Source: Podarcis pityusensis
Taxonomy: Eukaryota
NCBI GenBank assembly: GCA_964106645.2
Contig: OZ067040.1
Length of the DNA stretch: 64,000 nucleotides
Direction: 5' to 3' (one strand)
Shown: piece by piece, positions 1-13,170 of the stretch
Layout: each line of letters starts with the position of its first letter
Numbering within the stretch: the stretch's first letter is position 1
Program-made: the position numbers and the translations under genes
The notes under the pieces: generated by a model
The model's database searches: none
The model's input: the letters and a program-made list of their open reading frames with translations, nothing else
Told to the model about the DNA's origin: nothing

Positions 1-1524
1 TAAAATAAGGCAATCTTCTCTTTGGCTCCTCTTTTTCAGCACCTTGGAGAAAAGTGAGAGAAGATGGTGGATTATAAAGTAGAAAGGGGGCCTAGTAAAT
101 TCCTGTAAATCCAAGCACTCTTCAACAGTCAGAATTGAATGCAATAGCAAGTGGGGATTTTGGTGAGTTCCTCTTAAGTATCATAATGTCAGGGCTGGAT
201 TTGGCATGCTGTATCATATTGTAATGCAGGAAGATCTAGCTTTAGGCCTGTAGAAGCAATGAAATAATATAATGCCACCCGTGATCATGTGTATCTTATG
301 TAGGAAAAATGTATAGGAGGTTGTTGTTGTTTTTACAGGCTGAAATCTAGTGTACTGGGAACACTAGATTGTTGTGTCAAATATTATATGTATCAGGACA
401 GATTAATGGCAGCAAAATTAATTATTTATCCTTTACTTTGGTTCTTACTTTCGTGTCGTTGATCTCATCAATTACCCCCTTTTCTTGACAATTTTATAAA
501 TGAACGGCTCCACCAATGTCAGTAGTTTTTGCTCTTAATTTTTTTAAAAATGATCAGTACTCCTCATTAAATATCTTGCAAAAGGCTATAGGAAAAATGA
601 CTTGTTTCTCCTCTTCATAATGCTTTGAAGATAGCATTTATTTATTTTAAATGTTTCTATACTGCCTTTAAATTAAGCAAATTTTCCAAAGCAGCCTACA
701 AAGCAAGCAAATGATAGAAATAACTGTGCCATAGATTACAATACAAACTGATAGCAGATTACTCTCTGTTTTAACTATTTCTATCAGTTTATTTATTTTC
801 CCCTTGTATGCCCTGTATATATGACTAGCCAAGTCACATCCTTAAATCAAACGCTGCCACCAATAATAAAGTTCAGTGAAAAATACATCCATTTCCCTCC
901 CTCCCCCTCATTTAAACACACAAACACAGCTGTGGGAAAATAAATTAACCAACCTGATAATGTTTGGCTTAAAACAGCAGCCATTATACTTTTACATGAT
1001 TCTCTGAGAAGGGAGAATTGCTAGTGAGAAGCCCTTCCTCCCTCCTTGCCTCTCCCAGTCTGATCTCAGGAAAGAATGGATTTGGAGCACTATGCCCTCT
1101 GAGGAGTTCTGAGCACATGGAGGCCTGTAACCATTTGTGCCTTAAAATGAATTAGGGATTAATGCAGCTGCCTTAACATGGGTGAAATATGCTTCATGCT
1201 CCTCACCTCCACAATTAACTGGCAGCTGCATTTTACACTAATGGAATTATCCAGACAGTCTTCAAAGGCAGCTCCATGTTTAGTGCATCACAGTAGTCTA
1301 GCCTAGAGTTGAATCAAAGCATCTTCTTGTAGAAATGCTACATCTTGCAGATTCATCGCAATCTGAAACACCAGAATCCCATATCTAATTGTGGGGTTTA
1401 TACAAATGAATTTTATTAGATATTTTATAGCACACTTATATAATCCGTCAACCATGACAGAAAAGGTATAATTCTGAAAGTGTTAACTAATACAGTTGAA
1501 TAAAAGTGTGTTACTAGATTACAA

Positions 1525-1891
1525 GGGACATAGGTGGTGCTGTGGTTTAAACCACTGTGCTGCTTGGGCTTGCTGATCAGAAGGTTGGCGATTCGAGGCC
1601 CCATGATGGGGTGAGCTCCCGTTGTTCGGTCCCAGCTCCTGCCAACCTAGCAGTTCAAAAGCACACAGTGCAAGTAGATAAATAGGTACTGCTCTGGCGG
1701 GAAGGTAAACAGTGTTTCCATGCGCTGCTCTGGCTTCGCCAGAAGCGGCTTAGTCATGGTGGCCACATGACCCGGAAAAACTGTCTGCGGAAGCGGACAA
1801 ACTCTGGCTCCCTCGGCCTGTAAAGCGAGATGAGAGTCGCAACCCCAGAGTCATTCGCGACTGGACTTAAATGTCAGGGGTCCCTTTACCT
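1525..1891 (+). mobile_element. Sauria SINE, full length
   Basis: tRNA-like head (GGTGGTGCTGTGG...GATTCGAGGCCC), Sauria body and (TTTACC)n tail. 15-bp TSD TTACTAGATTACAAG at 1511-1525 and 1892-1906. Confidence 0.92.
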
Positions 1892-3754
1892 TTACTAGAT
1901 TACAAGAAACTAGTATCAAGAGATAGATTTTAAGACTTCAAACACTTTTCTGAAAGGAAATTGGCACTATTGAAAAGAAACTGAGTGGACCAAGAATTTC
2001 TCCAAGGAAATTTCATCCAGCAATCCTATGTAGATTTAAACATTTAAAATAACATTCTAAAGAGTTTACATGAGAGCTTACTGAAAAGACAGATTATACA
2101 CAAAAACTCACATAGCAGCTTAACTCTTTATGTACACTGGAATACTTTTCAAGCATTGTTCAGCCTGTTTCAAAAGCATGGTGCACCCAGCTGCAATATG
2201 CAACCAGTTAAATTATAAAAATATTTTGTCATCTTGATCCTAGTGGCTCTCATAGCAAGTGTGTCAGTGATATTTGGTTGGATCCAAATATTCTCTTCCT
2301 CAGACGAAAGGGAACACGCTGGAGAATGCAGTGAGGAGTACGTTGCTGAAAACATTAACGTCAACAAGAAGTTCTTTAAATTTGGCACTTTTAGTTTAGA
2401 GAAAAGGAGGTGCCACTGAACTTAATTTCTCAATTAACAAGCCCTAGAAAACAACTGTTTATAACAAACACTGAAATCTTCCCACTGTTGTTGATGATGT
2501 GATGACTCTTATTTAAAAAGTGCTTATATCTTACCTGTGCTTTTCTCAGTAGAAGGACTGCTTGGGGTAGGGTGAGAAAAACTTTAAATGTCTATTAAAT
2601 ACCATAGATTGTATCTTCCTCCATTTGTTTTTTTGAATTCCAATGAATTCTAAGGTGCCAGTGTCCAAGTTACTTGACTAGCCAGACTATTTGCAGAGTC
2701 ACTTTGGTTTGTATGAAGTTTATTAAGAATTGTTTTTGACAAAATTCAATGAGGTGGAATTTATTGACTTAATAATTATTCATTATTAATTGTGTTCCTG
2801 CATTATCTTCTGACAATTGCTGTTCCTGAAACAGAAAAATCTTTTCTTTTCTCTTTCCTTTTTGAGTTTTGATTTCTTGATATATGTCACACACTGTGCA
2901 AATAGTTATCTCATGAGTACAAAATCGACACTTTTAAGAATGTGTTACATGAAAAGCTAAAAGCATGCAACTATAGAAAAAAAATACTCAGCATTTTGTG
3001 GATACTTTTACTATCCACTTTGAACTGGTTCACACATCACAATCAGCCACTGTTTGTCTTAAGTCATGGTTTAACTGTGAATGTTCCTTCACCTGCTGTA
3101 CAGGTCCCTTTGCGACTTCTTTCCCAACCCAGCATTCATGATTAAGCTGTGGTTTAAGGCATACTGTGGCTTCTCTAGACATGTAAACCAGGCAAGTGTC
3201 AAACAGGGGTGGCTAATGTGCTGCCCTCTAGCTTATTGTTTCCAAAACTGTTTGGTATGGTGACCAGCTAGTTCAATTTTATTTGGTAGGATGACCCATT
3301 GGTTTATTGTCACATGAATTTTAGGCCTTGGGCCTTCAGCAGTCATCCGTTTTGTGCATTTTAGTTAGTGAGTCGCAATAGCAACTCCTTCTATGAGCAC
3401 CTTGTGGGTAACCATCGCTGAAACTGCTGCAAGCAATCAGAGATCAGTTCCCAAGTGTTAAAATGTAAGACAAGTGTCAATTTGGCATTATAATATGCCA
3501 AAAAAGCAAAAAAGTTGTATTCACCATAGCATTTAAGGATTACAAGCAATACTTGTTTGGGGTTTACTTGTAAAGACCACTTGCACAGGTGTCGTGACCC
3601 ACAGGTTCTAGCTATTTTGGACTACAATTCCTTTTATGCCCCAGCCAGCATGGTCAATGTTCAGGGATGACGGAAATTGTAGCCCTGTAGGTACCACATT
3701 TCCTACCATGGATGTCAAATCCCATAAGAAATTTGTCTGACCCCTCTGTGTGAC

Positions 3755-3855
3755 ATCTTATTACATCTGTTCCATGGAATCGGCACTGGCTGCCGATATG
3801 TTACCAGAATAAATTCAAGGGGCTGACATTAACCTCTAAAACTCTCAGTGACTAT
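3755..3855 (+). mobile_element. Short L2 ORF2 fragment
   Basis: cactggctgccgata...aaattcaaggggctgacattaacctctaaaactctc translates as HWLPI..R IKFK.L.LT.K.L, an L2 motif. Confidence 0.55.
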
Positions 3856-3983
3856 GTAATGATGTCTGTGCTAAGAAGAACTGTATTGTAAATTACAACT
3901 TACCTTTGATGGCTTCACTTTTTATATATTCTCCCCAACTCCCCAACATACAGTAACCCAGACTAATTCAGGATGGTTCATCG

Positions 3984-4045
3984 GCATCCGATGAAAGGGC
4001 TGTGGTCTATGAATGTTTAAGTCGTAAAAGTTTTAGTCTTTGATC
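3984..4045 (+). repeat. Degenerate PLE-type hammerhead remnant
   Basis: GCATCCGATGAAAGGGCTGTGGTCTATGAATGTTTAAGTC...TTAGTCTTTGA follows the CTGATGA-stem-GAAAGCTTA...TTAGTCTTTAAGG pattern, with both catalytic boxes mutated. Confidence 0.45.
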
Positions 4046-4874
4046 TGCTTCAGGACATTTTGTTACTGTTTAATTCAAACCTGTATCTAACCTCCTCCTC
4101 CACATATGTTATCTGCCATCCAGGATCAAAGATGAAGCTAGTTTTTAGGAAGCAAGGCAGATAGTGGTTTTTAACATCTGAGGAAAGTCTACAAGAAGCA
4201 TTGGCTTTGCTAAAACAGGAGTTTATATACAATGGATCACCAACATTGTTTTTCTGGAAGTTGCAGCACACAGCTTCCATTGGCCACAGTCAGGGTGGAC
4301 AACGATCAGGGATGATGGAAGTCATAGTCTACAAGTCTTGGTGGAGGGCACGTGCCTCAGTAATCCATAATTTACGCATTATAAAGTTGAGCATAAAACA
4401 AGATAGGGCTCAAGTATGCAAGCATTAGCAAGTCAGCACTTTCTTTGTGAAGTTTTGCCTGAGGGCCAATTCATAAATAATTACCTCAGCATCGCAACAG
4501 CCACCAAAATGATCAGTTCCATGCTGCTCTGGTAGCATTTTGAATCTGCTTTCCATACAATTCAACCAGATCACGTGCTACGTGATTGCCTCAGCGCCAT
4601 ACTTCTCAGAGCACTGGTGATACTGTTAGTCCACCAGACTATGATTTCAATAGCTATGACATCTACATGGAGCCTAAACCATGCAGTAGTCATACGTGGT
4701 AGTGATACTACTTACATTTGAATCTACCTGTAACATTTTGAGAATGAAATTATTTATTTGTATTTATTTATTTGCTTATTTATTACAGTATTTCTGTGCT
4801 GCCCTCTCTTAAATATGAGGGCTGTATACAGCTATATAAAAACATCTTTAAAATATAGTAATTAAAGTATAAGG

Positions 4875-5062
4875 GTAGAACCTCAGAGATCAAAATTCAA
4901 ATCCTCACTCAGCTATCAAGCTTACTGGGTGACCTTGGGCCAGTCACTCACGCTTTGCCTAATCAACCTCCCAGGGTTGTTGTGAGGATAAAATAAATAA
5001 ATGGGGAAGAGGAGAACTGTTTTTGCCACCTGGAGCTCCATAGAGGGAAAGTGGGATATAAG
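4875..5062 (+). mobile_element. MIR/CORE-like squamate SINE
   Basis: ttcaaatcctcactcagctat...ctgggtgaccttgggccagtcac...cctcccagggttgttgtgaggataaaat core. Confidence 0.75.
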
Positions 5063-5109
5063 TTAAGCAAGCAAGCAAACAAACAAACAAACAGTCATTA
5101 AGAGCAGTA

Positions 5110-5335
5110 CAGTGGTACCTCGAGTTACATACGCTTCAGGTTACAGACTCCTCTAATCCAGAAATAGTACCTCAGGTTAAGAACTTTGCTTCAGGATGAG
5201 AACAGAAATCGTGCTCCGGCGGTGCGGTGGCAGCAGGAGGCCCCATTAGCTAAAATGGTGCTTCAGGTTAAGAACAGTTTCAAGTTAAGATTGGACCACC
5301 GGAACAAATTAAGTACTTAACCCGAGGTACCACTG
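5110..5335. mobile_element. Tc1/mariner (Tigger-like) MITE
   Basis: TIRs CAGTGGTACCTCG(A/G)GTTA ... TAACCCGAGGTACCACTG with a TA target duplication at 5108-5109 and 5336-5337. Confidence 0.9.
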
Positions 5336-5713
5336 TACAGCTATGCTAGGTGTATCTTAAATAACTGGCTAGGTCAGTCAACATGAAATCTTCGAGAGAT
5401 GCCTGAAAGTCAAAGTGGTGATGTCTGCCGAATCTGTGCCAAAGTGTATGTGGTTAATTCATTTAATCATCACTCTCTGTTCTTGACATACAAACACCTC
5501 CTTTGGATACTGGGGTTGAGCCTTAGATGAGTTTTTTCTAAATTACAAGTAATGATATATGGAGTATGTGTGTAATCTTGTGTTTAAATTTAGCTGTCCA
5601 TTAGTCATATGCACCCCATATTTTAAAAAAATGTTGTGCATATTTAATAGTAGGTGCTTATGTGTGTGTTGGAAGGCAGAATGCATCTTTTGTAGTTTTC
5701 TTCACTCAATAGA

Positions 5714-6030
5714 GGGACGTGGGTGGCGCTGTGTTCTAAACCACAGAGCCTAGGGCTTGCCGATCAGAAGGTCAGCGGTTTGAATCCCCGCGACGGGGTG
5801 AGCTCCCGTTGCTCGGTCCCAGCTCCTCCCCACCTAGCAGTTCGAAAGCACATCAAAGTGCAAGTAGATAAATAGGTACCGCTCTGGTGGGAAGGTAAAC
5901 GGCGTTTCCATGCACTGCTCTGGTACGCCAGAAGCGGCTTAGTCATGCTGGCCACATGACCCGGAAGCTGTCTGCAGACAAACACTGGCTCCCTTGGCCT
6001 ATAGAGCGAGATGAGCGCTTTACCTTTACC
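5714..6030 (+). mobile_element. Sauria SINE with internal 3' deletion
   Basis: Highly similar to the other four copies but jumps from GAGCGC straight to the TTTACC tail. Imperfect TSD CACTCAA(T/C)AG at 5703-5712 and 6030-6039. Confidence 0.9.
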
Positions 6031-6979
6031 ACTCAACAGGGCTTGTTAAGCCACAGCTACGAGGTAGGATCATGTTAAAACTGACAGTAATGAGAATGTT
6101 AGGATTTGTAGGAGTAATGTATAATTTTTTTTATGTTTTCATAAATAGTAGTCTTAGCATTTTGGGGTAAACAATTGCATTATTCACATCAAAATAGCAC
6201 CACATTGGCTTTTAAATTACACCACCTGTCTGCATGAAAAGAATTTTTGGTACAGGAACATACAGACAGCTGCTGCCAATGTTTTTTTTTCTTTGCAGAG
6301 AATACTGGCAAAGCGCTGGCTTTTGGCGTAAAATATAAGCTGATCTGTTAGTTTTGTAGCTTTAGGAAGAAATTTTTTGCTTGTAAAATGACTATACTGT
6401 ATTTGGTTTTGAATTTCACTGATTATAAAAACATTATCTTATGGTAAACAAGACAAGCTGCTATGTACCAAGCAATATGAGACTTGCTCCTATCTTTTCC
6501 ATTATTTGTAAGTTGTAATCTTATCCTATTAACATTCAGATAGTAGGAATAAATCATCATCATCATCATCATCATCACTGAGATGGGGCATGTTAGGAGC
6601 TTCGGGTTCTGTCTTAAAGACTCAATAGCTCCTCAGTATCATGCAGATTTGAATTTATAGGAAAAGCATGTGAGTGGGAGAGAGAGGGAGACAGAAAGAT
6701 AGATAAAACTATGATTGAGCAGAATAATATAGTGCATATATGTAAATTTCCACTTTCCTGTTATGTACGTCATAATCTATTTCTTCTAAAACACTTTTTG
6801 GAGACTTGAAATATACACAAATTGTTATTATAGATGCAACTTGCAAATTGTAGTCAAAATGTTTGGTTTTGTAGGACACAATTTGGCTTTAATAGCATTT
6901 GCTCACCGCAACATATGACAGATGTTCAGATTTATTAGCACTAGTGCAACATATTATGAGCAGGAGGTTTGTAATCTTC

Positions 6980-7720
6980 CTAGACTGTTAACAAAACCAT
7001 TGTGTTATCGGCCAATAAGATTTGTGCATCTGGCTGACGTAATGTTGCACTCCTGACAATGGTTTAAGTGATATATGTCTGCAGGGCGTAGATAGGGTTC
7101 TGGTTTTTGTGCTCCTGCTTTTATAGTATGAGCTGTTTGCAATTCTGAAAATGCATTAGGTCTCTAAAAGGGTTAAGGGATATAGTGCCGCAATTAAAAA
7201 TACAGCTTGCCAATGAGCTATTTTGTGAGAGTGGTATAAATATAAGATCCGCTCGTCTGGCTCATTTGCAAGCTTTCTTTTTGACTTCTTTCACACAACT
7301 GGTGTTTTTGTGTTTAATTTAACAAGAAATGAGTAGTAAATGAAAGCTGCTGCCTGAAATCCCACTGTGAACGTGTTTTGCACTTGGCTCCCCAGTGAAA
7401 AGGCAATTTGTGAAATTATGTGATAGAGTAATTAGATGAAGCCTGGGCTTTTGATTGTTGCCATGCTTAAGCGGTGAAGGTTTACTAGGGCAGGGATAGG
7501 GAGCAGAGGAAAAAAGCCTGATTATTATCCTGCCAAAGTTGGCTCAGGGTTCTTAATTTATTTGTAAACAGAATATTTAGTGACCGCATAGGAAGTAGCA
7601 GTAATCACCAGCTCATAAAGAAAGTACAGCAGAGCTTTGGATTTTTACAGAGTGCTCATGTAAAATTTAAGCTGGGAGGCTGAATCCCTGTTAATGTAAT
7701 TAGGACCTAATTTACCACCC
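6980..7720. promoter_or_regulatory. Candidate conserved intronic enhancer
   Basis: Repeat-free block with retained CpGs, TGACGTAA (7035-7042), TGACA and TAAT motifs. Conservation is inferred, not measured. Confidence 0.4.
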
Positions 7721-9887
7721 TTTGCACACAGATATATAGTAGTGGCTAGATATTATTCTCTATTTTTATACACATTATATATACCTCAGTGCAGCAGTTC
7801 ACTGAATAGAACAGGTGTGAGCCCCCCTCAAAACATCCCCCCTCCCAGTTTGAACCATAAATACACAACAATTTTTAAGGGGAGAATGCTTACCGAAAGG
7901 GGGAGAGGTGGGGTGGATTGGGGTGGAGAATGAATGGAAAGAATGTCTGCAAATGAGGCAGTAATGGACAGTTGCCCTTTATGTACTGATGGATTTCTCA
8001 ATGGTTAAGTAAATTAAAGCAAATGCTAGAAAAATCAATAGGCTTGCAGAGTCTTGGTTGTGCCTCATAGACTTCAGGACAGAATGACAGATGTGGTGCA
8101 TATGACCCATTTAAGTATTAATGCTTGGGAAATTGCTTCTGCGTGCAAGGTTATAGGCCTAGAAATATTGTTATATTAAATTACAGACAATAATATTTTT
8201 AAGTATATGTGCAATTTATATGTTTCAGTTTAGTTGTTCTTATGTGCTACATTTGTCCTGGAAGATTAGTTGCTTAGTTGTGTCTGTGGAACAGTAAATC
8301 AAGTTTTAAAATGTTCGTGCTGTGAATTGTCTTCATATAAGCTGTAGTTGGAAGGCGCATGTGTTATACACAATCAGGGCATACAGGGAATGTGCCAAAA
8401 CTACATTAACTATATAATTGTATTTCAACCACAATAAATGTACTGTGCATTAGAGTCTTAAACAAGTGTCATGGAACCATGTTTGATGTGTAGCTGCAAA
8501 ATTAGGGCAAGACATTGCATCAAGTTATTCTGTGTGGATTTCAAAGCAAATCATAATAATAAATAAATGGGGAGGAAACATGCTACATATAGCAGTTAAA
8601 ATGTGAATTTTGCTGATCCCTACGGAAGTCCTAGGACTTGCAAACAGTAGATAAACCTGTTCAAAATATATTACTTTAGACTGCAAATGAGGGGTCACAT
8701 TATTGACTTCCCTGATATTAAAAAATAATGTCAGCATATAGGAAGTAGCACTCCATGTTGGGGAGAACAGTTGGCTAGAATTTTTCTTCCAGACATTTAG
8801 TCTTCTATATGCTTCTATTTTCCTGGTCTGAAGTCCAGACATACGTTTACCATCTCATTTTGTTGTATGAGGGTAGGGGTAGTACATTTCATATCTAAGT
8901 TACTTTGCATCAAATTACCAAGGTATCAGTGATCACAGAATTAGGGACTGGTTCACATCAAACCCAGGATCAACACTTTCTTTTGTGCAACATGCCTAGT
9001 GTTGATCAGACTGTGTGTGAATACAGCAACGGTATTTCATTCAGTAACAAATTGTCATGATCGTGAAAACCTCTGCTGTCTGTATTCTGTGTACAGCCCA
9101 GCAGATCCTCATGCTTCTCTATATCCTATCCAGCCACATCTATGGGGGAATCATCCTGAGGAAGGAAAAGAAATGCTTGCCTAAGTGAACTGGTTAGTTG
9201 CACTGGATGGTGCTAGAAGTAGTTAGTGCATACTTCTCACCTTGGTTGTTGAAGAAGTCAGAATTTAATGTCACTTGTATTTTAATTAGTACTTTTTGTC
9301 AAGGTTTTAGTTGAGAGTCAATTTTTGACAGAAGTGGCGAAAAGGATATATGAAATAATTAATCTGCTGGTAATGAAATCAAATGCTAAATAGTAGTATA
9401 AATAGTAAATTGTCTATTGTATATATGAGTCTTTAGAAGATTTTGAATTAAAATAAAAAAATTAATTGGCTCAAACAACAATATCCTCCAACTGGTGGCT
9501 CCTGTAAAATCATGAAATTGCAAAAAGGGCAGATTATTATTTTGGGGTTCATTTAGAGTATATTTGTGTACAATATTCAGGTTGGATGAGAGCATCATCC
9601 TGAAAACTGTCAGGCCTAAACTATGTAATGTGAATCTGAGTGATGACAGAATCTTGTCATTTCCCACATGTACTTTCATTGCTATGGTGACGATAAACAG
9701 TGATGAAAGTTATCATGGAATGTTTTCTGTGCTGTAGTCGATAGCCCTTTGTATCTGAATAGCACCAAAATACCTAATAAACTGAAATAATAATTTTGGA
9801 TACATGGGGCTATTTACTTCTAACTTAGCTGCACTCTTAATACCTTTGCATCTGTTAGAAAATTACAGTATTGTGGCTATTCATGTG

Positions 9888-9891
<4 letters not shown>

Positions 9892-9918
<27 letters not shown>
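9892..9918. repeat. (TG)n microsatellite
   Basis: Seen directly. Confidence 0.95.
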
Positions 9919-11572
9919 AGTGTATCATAAAATAACTAAAAGGTGTTTGTTTACCAAACAGCATTTTTCTTATGTCCATGACTTTTTCAGTGTGTTACGT
10001 TAGTTTGAATATTAAAGAGCTAGCCAGTTTTCATTTTGTTTTAGATACCGCAAATGAGCAAGCACATTAATCAGTGTTTAATTGACAACTGAACTCTTAA
10101 AATGCACATGTTTGTAGGAGCCTCACAGACTAGGTCATTTGTTTTTGTCCGTACCATTAAGGTTCAAAGGTCATTGGGCATCCAGAAGCCATTAGCCAGT
10201 CACCGTTTTTTTGCTGGGTTCCCATATTGTCAACTCGCTAGTCATCCATGGCAACACACACAAGACATTCTGTCAGTGACTAAGCAGGGAGTCTGTTTTA
10301 ACTTTCAAATTTCCCATAAAGAGAGTAGATTTTTAAAAGATGCAATAGTACTACTTCTACATTTGAAACACAAGGCATGTTTTTCCATAGTTATCGAGTT
10401 TATACAAAACCATGATACATGTGAAAACAAGTTTTAAAATTTTTTGTCAGTTTTATATCTATATATAGCTTTGTGTTGTACGCCTTCCTTCCTTGCTGCT
10501 TTAACGTTTGCAGTTTCACAGCCTCTTGTTCAGTGGAGAGGCAAATGGCACTTCAGACAGAATGGTGTGTTGACTAAAATGTTCTGTGTTTTGTTCTCTC
10601 CTTCTCTCATTTTGGGCATTATATTTTCCCACAAAATTGATTGATATTATTTTCCTGTGCTGGTAGAGAACATTTGGCCATAATAAGCTTGTGCTTATTA
10701 GAAACAAAGGATAAATGACTTTAGCTGCTGAGTCAATCCACTCAGTTTACATCCCCCCATTCAACCCTAATGTGTCCCAGTCCCATCCCTCACAGTGAAA
10801 ACATCATCAATTACTTGGCTGACAGGAGTCTGAGACTCTGTGTAAGTTGCTCCTTGGGGGTATTCATCTTGGACCAAAATCCACTGGCACTCAGCAACAT
10901 TCATCACTTCCACCTACATAAAATGATTGGGTAAACGGTAGGGTGAATTATCAGAGGAAAAGAGTGGAAAAATTGATTTTGAATACATTCAAGCAAGTTA
11001 CTTTGGCCTTGAATAAGAAAAGAAAAAAAAACCCAGGTGATTTACTAAGCTTCTATTTAAAAACTTCCATTGCAGTTTTAGAAAGTAACTAAAGCGGCTT
11101 CTTTTCTAAGTGGCAATGAATTTTCTATTTGATACAGCTGCAACATTTATTCAATTATTGGGTTAGAATCTTAGATAAATACATCCAAAACATTTTTAAT
11201 CAACTAAAATGTGTCCCAATTGATCGGTTGGCAGCTTTCTTTCTTTTTACGTTTATTTGTAATACAAGTATTTATGCAAATTCTCTCCTGTGTAAGAGAA
11301 AAAGGAAAGCTTCTTCTAAGATGATGCCTGGTGCAATACTTACATGTGTAATGTAAAAGCAAAATGTGCATTCTTTCCCTTAGAGACTCGTTTGTGTGTG
11401 TAAATTTATGCAGATTTAATCCATCAATGAAATTATTAATTGACTAAAACACATTATCAGTGTAAGATATATTGACTAAAACACATTATTATCAATGTAA
11501 GCTATATTTAATTAGGGAGTCTTCCTGTTTCAATCTTAATAATTCTGTAGAACTGGGCTGTAGTTCTAGAGT

Positions 11573-11575
<3 letters not shown>

Positions 11576-11606
<31 letters not shown>
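11576..11606. repeat. (TG)n microsatellite
   Basis: Seen directly. Confidence 0.95.
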
Positions 11607-11607
<1 letters not shown>

Positions 11608-12829
11608 TTTCAGCATTTTAAGTAGAAGTCTTTTATTTGAAAGGCAACAATTTTATTGTGAATGTGAGGTGCTGTTATAATGTTATTTACATTGATGCAC
11701 ATTGTATATTTAATAGAAAAAAGTTTTATCCTTTCTGGCAGAAAAGAAATATTTCCAGTGTGCCTTGAAAATTAAAGATTTGAGTAACTCACCAATTACA
11801 CTTCCGTAGACCAGTTGAAGTAAATATGGCTATGCAGCAAAATAAATAGGGAGTACATTATACCCAAAGGCTGAGAACATACATGGAAGGAGAGGTCCTA
11901 TTTAAATCAATAGTGATTGCGCTTTGAATGAAGTTCTTAAACTGACCTTTTAGGAAACATTTTTATCCTTTTTACAATTGGTGGTTTTTGAAAACAGAAG
12001 GTTTTTGTTTCTATAGAAATGGGTGGGAATTGAAGTAGGAAGAATGTATAGAGAGGCATGCACCTGGATTCTTTAAACATGTACTGTGGTTGGGTGATTG
12101 TCTAAACAAACAGCTTATGCGGAAGGCTTTATCTCAGAATTGGCACATTATCCCACAGTTCTCTTTTCTCGCTGCTCCTCATTGCTAGTTGTATTAGAAG
12201 ACTTGCAAGTGATAACTTCTGAAATGTTAGTTAAAGGCAGTAGTGCTATAGTAACAAAAATCACTGTATTCTGCAACCTCTGTGCATCAAAACTGTTCTG
12301 ACACTAGCTTGATTTGAGAGACTTAAAGCATGTGTTGCCAGGCCTTTTGATCTAGGAACTAAATTTGCATCTGGTTTGGAGTTACCAGAATCAAGAATTT
12401 TAATATTTGAAGAGCAGTAAAAGATGTCAGGTGTAATGCACTCAGGTATGTTTCTCAAATTATTGCTCTTCTAAAAATCTTTCCACTACACACACACACT
12501 TTAGCAATGTAAGTGATAATGTTTCACATGGACATATTGCTTTAGGTTTACTGGGCGGAGTTGAATTGATCTTGATGCAACACTAGAAGAAAAGGGTGCT
12601 CTTGTCGTTTTTATTTGATGGTAAATGATACACACCTGAGCATAGAAAATAAAAAACTTACTGCAAAATAATGGATGGTTTATAGCACTATAGGGTTGCA
12701 TAATTGTGAGCCTGAACATAGTATTTTTGAAAATGCTTCATGAGCTTGTAAAAGCTACTGGCATGCCAGCATTGGGGGGGGGGGGGGGAGTCTTTGAGGT
12801 TCTTCAAACATCGATTAAAAATGAAATTA

Positions 12830-13170
12830 AAAAATGCCCCATTCAGTACTGCAAGGCAGTGTCATCACAATGTTGGAAAGCCAACTCACAGCTACTGGGT
12901 TATTGCGGGCATTGCTGCCCTTGTCCCTTGGATTACCGCTGTGCCACGTGCTCAGTTACACAATGCATAAAGGCGAGGGTTATTTCTAGGACAGATAATT
13001 GAACATTAATACTCGTTGACATTGTCGTAGGAATGATATGTCAACCTGACAGGGCCTATGTGCTTACATCTTCTGATTGGCTGCAGACGAAGGGTATGTT
13101 TGTCACATCAGACCTGAGGCCTCACTGCAGTAGAGCCAAAAATGATACAGCCATTAATCATCAGCTGCCA
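12830..13170. promoter_or_regulatory. Candidate conserved intronic enhancer
   Basis: Repeat-free, CpG-retaining block with CACGTG (12945), TGACAG (13047) and TGATTGGCTG (13074). Confidence 0.4.
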
